Source of the DNA: Raillietiella orientalis
Taxonomy: Eukaryota
Assembly: GCA_036172245.1 (NCBI GenBank)
Contig: JAYWIR010000038.1
Location: forward strand, 1,674,001-1,738,000
DNA length: 64,000 nucleotides
Direction: 5' to 3'
Part shown: in pieces, positions 59,885 through 64,000 of the stretch
Numbering within the stretch: the first letter of the stretch is position 1
How the letters are laid out: every line of letters starts with the position of its first letter
Program-made: the position numbers and the translations under genes
Notes under the pieces: model-generated
What the model saw: only the letters and a program-made list of their open reading frames with translations
Databases searched by the model: none
Told to the model about the DNA's origin: nothing

Positions 59885-62800
59885 GCGCGAGGGTGAGAGA
59901 GCGGACAACTCCAAACGGGAGGTAGTCAGATTGACCAGGTGATCTCCTCCCCTACTAGGGAGGCGGTGCCCCCTCGGAGGCAGGGAAGGGAACGGCCCCT
60001 TGCTCTCGGGTGAAGGTTCCTCTTCGTCCCGGGCTAGCCCCCTTCCCAAGCCGAAGGGGCGGGGGTTGGTCACGCGCCAAGCGCCCCATCCTCGTCGCTT
60101 CCCGTTCATCGGTTACCCCGGAGAGAGGAGGGGGCGGGGGACTTACCCCAAGGAGCATTGTCCTTTCCATCCCAACCCTCGTTGCTGTACCTGAGAACTC
60201 CTTCCTTCCTTCCTCTTTCTCCCGCAAGGTCCCTGACGCGATTCTCTGGAAGAGGACGAGGAGGAAGGAAGGGGAGCAAAGGACCTCAGAAGAGCGCGTT
60301 CGTCCGCTGAGAGAGGGCTGACCGAAAGTCCTTCTCGCCTCCTCCTCCCGGGACCCGAGGGCGAAGAGACGGAAGGGTCGTCCCGTGCCACTTCACCTAC
60401 TCGACGCCCGCCGGAAAAGAGTCATCTCCGCCCTCCCGGGGGTCCTCTGGCCAAGAGCGGCGGATAAAGATCTGTTGTGACATTTTTTACGGCTCAATAC
60501 GCGGGGGGGGGAGAAGAGGACGCGAAGAATTCTGGCCGGACCATAAAATGCGCGCGCGCGGCCCGCACGTGTGACGCGCGCGGGGAGGAGGGCGGCGGCC
60601 CCATGGTGAAACGCTGCTGCTGACTTTACGACCCACAACAAGGCTCAGTCGCGGGACCGCCGCCGCCTCTCCCCCTTTCGGCGCGGAAGGCTGCGGGGGG
60701 ACCACCACCTGCCCCCACTTCCCTTTCCCCGTTACGGAGGCGCCGCCGGCGGAGAGGTTGTAAATCAGGACCTCCTCTCCGTCCCTCCCGGACGCCGCCG
60801 TCCAGTGACGTCCGCCAAGCAACGCGATGGCGGTTTCCACGCTCCTCACGTCGGGGGAGGAAGAAAGGAGGCGACGCGCTAGACGCGTCGCCGGGGGACG
60901 GCCCGAAGAAAGGGAAAGAAAAGGACGGAGGGAAGTCGGGAAAGGGAAAGCGACCGCGCCGCGCGTGCCCCTGGACCCTGCTCGCCGTCAGGCTAGCAGG
61001 GCGCGGGCGTTGGTAGCACGCGCGCGCCATGCGATGCGCGCGTGCGAGGACCGTTGCGGGCGCATGCGCGCGCAAGCCCGGAGGAACATGTTCCTCCGCA
61101 GCGCCGCTCCCTTCGCAGAGCTCCCCATCCGAGCAGTCCCTCTCGTTCCTCTCCTGGCAGGCGACTGCTCGTCTCTTGACCTCCTGGAAACCCGGATCGG
61201 TCGTGGCGGAAAGATAGGGGTGATGATGATGATGACGATGATGGTGATCCCGTCTTCTTCGTCCCCTTACCCCGTTCGAGCGCAATCCCGATATCTCTTC
61301 CTGCCTTTTCCCCAGCGGATACCGGAGAGCAGGAAAGGGAGGTGGGACGAGCAGGAAGACGGGCAGCCTAAGGACGCGGGGAGTCGTGCGTCGTGCGTCG
61401 GGTGCTGTGGAGAGCGAGGGACGCCGTCCATCCTCCCTCGCCGGATGCAGCAGCAGCCCGGTTCTGAAAGGCCGCCCCGGAGTCAGACCTTTCCTAAAAG
61501 CATTCGAGACCTTCCAGGCAATATCAGCCACCTACTTCGGCCCGCAGCTCCTTGAGAGCAGGCAGCTGCCGCCGTTCGACTGTGGCGCCACTCGCGGAGT
61601 CGACGCGATGCAATCCCTGCCCCGCGAACACCGCCCGGGAAAGCGCTCGCTCCCTCCACCAGCTTCTTCCCGCAGGAGGAAATGGGAGAGGGGAGTGGGC
61701 GAATCATCCTGCCTCGTGCTTCCCTCTGATGCCATTCTGGCTTCTCTCAGGATCCCCCATCGGGCTGCGCGGGTGGGCCTGTCCCGGAGGACGGGGCCCA
61801 GGTGGACGGGATGGTCGCTCCCCACCCTGGGAGACAGGAACGAGGAAGTCGGAGGGCGAAGGGATGGTCGAGTCGAAACTTCGCGCAGGGCAGGTGTGGA
61901 CCCCGGAGCGAACTTTCCCCACCGGAGGTTTGGGGAAGGCGGGTGAGCAAGCAGTCCGCCTTCCCCAAAGTGGCGCGCGACCCGCTCTGGTTCTCCTCCG
62001 GGCAGCCGCCTGCGGATGCCAGCCCTTTCGCTTGAATCCAGAAAGCACGTCCCTCGGCAACTCGGTGCTGCTTCCGAAGTGGGAGCGGCGAATCAGAGGG
62101 GCAAGAGCGCCCACCCCTTGCCCTCGTCCGGTGGCTCGAGGATCTTCGCCGTCCAGTCGACCAGTCGAAGAAGGCAGGGAAAACCCGCCGAATCCCAGCG
62201 GAAGGGACGGGAAAGTAGATGGGCAGTCTTGCGCAGCCAGCGCCCCGACGAGGAAGAGAAGGAGGAGAAAGAGGAGCAGGAAGAAGAGGTAAAGGGTGTG
62301 TGCGTGATAAGCACGCGTTCCCGCCTCCCCTCCGTGGGGAGGAAGACTGAGGGAGCGTCGAGTCCGCTTCGCCGAAACGCGCTCTTCGGCTCTTTCCGGC
62401 CGCACTTGAAGCAGATTGAATTCTTTCACAGCCCATTGGTTTCAGCATGGAGAGGGGGGAAGAAGGGATTCCTTCCCCTCCTATGCACAGGGACTTACTC
62501 TATCTGAGTTAGGGAGCGTCTTCCTAGTCTTCGGAGGGAGAGGAAGCTCTTTGCATTCGCCGCCGCCGCCCCACTGGAGGAGCCTGCTTGACCGAAAAGG
62601 CGGTTACTGGCGCATGCGCGCGTTTTCCCGTCCGGCGACAGCGCTTCTCCCTTCTTCCTCGTTCTCTTCAGAGCGCAGGCAGGCAAGAGCTGGAGTGAAG
62701 GTGAGTACCAGGGATCGCTTTGCTGCGGCAGCCCGTCGGAAGCCCTCACGGAAAGCTGCGAGCCAAGGCGCCGGGAGCCTCGTGCGCGTGCGCGTGCATG

Positions 62801-64000
62801 CGTTCTTCCCGCCAGAGCCCACACACGAGCGAACGCGCGGATTCCCGCCGGAAGTCTGGGAAAACCGCGGCTGCGCGGGGCCTCCTCTCCCTCCTCCACG
62901 CAAGCTGAAGGGAGAGTCACTGCCGTTCGTTTCCACGGCAGTGATGCGCCGGAGGCAGCCGCGTACGGGTCGTGTGTGGGAGAGTGTTGATGCCGGCGCT
63001 CGCGGGAGGGAACTAAAATCCCTGGGCGCGTCCCGGCGACCCTCCCGCCTCTCAAGAACGGAGGAGGAGCAACAAAAGAGTGGGCGAACCTCCGGAGGGG
63101 GCGGGTAAGCAATCACTGCCGGTCACCCTCTGGAGCCCATGACGCATAGGGGGGGAAACCGAAATCGACCGGCTGGAAAGGGAAAGGGAAAGAGCGTAGG
63201 GGAACGGCGCTTGGGGCAAGCGAAGGGAGCAGCCCGGTGAACCTGCGAAAGGTTTTCGGAGTTCGAAACAGAAGCACGCCGTTGTCCGGAGACCGGAAGA
63301 ACGGGAGATGTGGGATATGGGCTCTGGGAAAGACGCGCTGATTCCGGGAACGTTGTTGTCACTCCTTTCGTGGTCTTCACAGGCTCCGGGTGAACTCGGG
63401 GTTTGGGGCTCTGAGTGGGCGGGGCCGGCCCTTCGAGAAACGGCGTTCCTCGCAAGTCTTCCAGGGACCTCCTTTTCGACCTTTGGCTCCTCACGAGAGA
63501 ACTTGGTTCCTCCTCCTCGCGCGGACCGAGGGACGACCTCCCGCCGTTGCCGAGAGGCGCGCAGCAGCGGAGCAAGTTCTTTCGCAGGTCACCCAGGGCC
63601 AGGGACGCTCTCGATTTCTTTTCAGAGCGTCTCATGAAGCTCCCAGGAAACTCCTCTTCCAAGTCGAGTGCGATCAGGGCGGACGCGACGGCCACGGCTT
63701 CACGCCCCTCGGCGTGGTGGTCGCGAACATAGAGCGGTCTTCGAACGGGCCTCGCACCCTGGCTTCCCACAGGGCTGCAGGACAGCCGAGCTCTGGGAAC
63801 GCGGATCCCGTTCTGAAGTGTCTGACCCTTTCGTGCGCCGGGCACAGGAAAGGGCAGCAGCTCCCATGCTCCTCTGGAGGCCCCATTGTCTCTGATCCGC
63901 CCCTTCGTTCCCGCTATGTACACCTGAGCGCGTGCAACTCGGACTCTTGCAGCTTCCGCGTCGTGCTGGTGCTCTTCGCCTCCCCAGGCGGCCGCCCGGT

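Noticed and set aside
61215..61250. Poly-His-encoding (GAT)n tract as a coding exon
   Set aside because: A short trinucleotide repeat with no supporting splice sites or homology.
39400..64000. Hundreds of overlapping 60-410 aa ORFs rich in R/G/P/S
   Set aside because: Expected in GC-rich non-coding DNA. They occur in all six frames, cross homopolymer runs and show no recognisable domains.

Overview
Eukaryotic genomic DNA, very probably arthropod, with many tiny GT-AG introns (43-60 nt). No prokaryotic features were found. (1) 1-10.8 kb is a GC-rich decayed region. It holds a degenerate L1/Tx1-like LINE (~0.85-5.35 kb, +), a possible DJ-1/PfpI relic, and the 3' end of an AGO-clade Argonaute gene (-) split by a second, 5'-truncated antisense LINE with a target-site duplication. 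(2) 10.9-17 kb is an AT-rich, intact U1 snRNP 70K gene (+; 9 coding exons, 357 aa). Its intron after the RRM 'HERDMH' exon carries 8 exact plus several near copies of a U1-complementary decamer (TGGTAGGTAT) and a candidate 30-nt poison exon. Another intron holds a candidate H/ACA snoRNA, and intron 1 has a perfect 22-bp hairpin. (3) 22.2 kb to at least 38.7 kb is a GC-rich teneurin (Ten-m-like) gene on the - strand. I traced 18 phase-consistent exons from the TM helix to the stop, including a 27-nt microexon and a ~500-aa stalk exon. (4) 39-64 kb is probably teneurin 5' introns, with one candidate exon, local duplications and many homopolymer runs. The best candidate for an undescribed system is the U1-sensing decoy-site array plus poison exon in the U1-70K intron. 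Gene identities come from recalled motifs; no database search was run.
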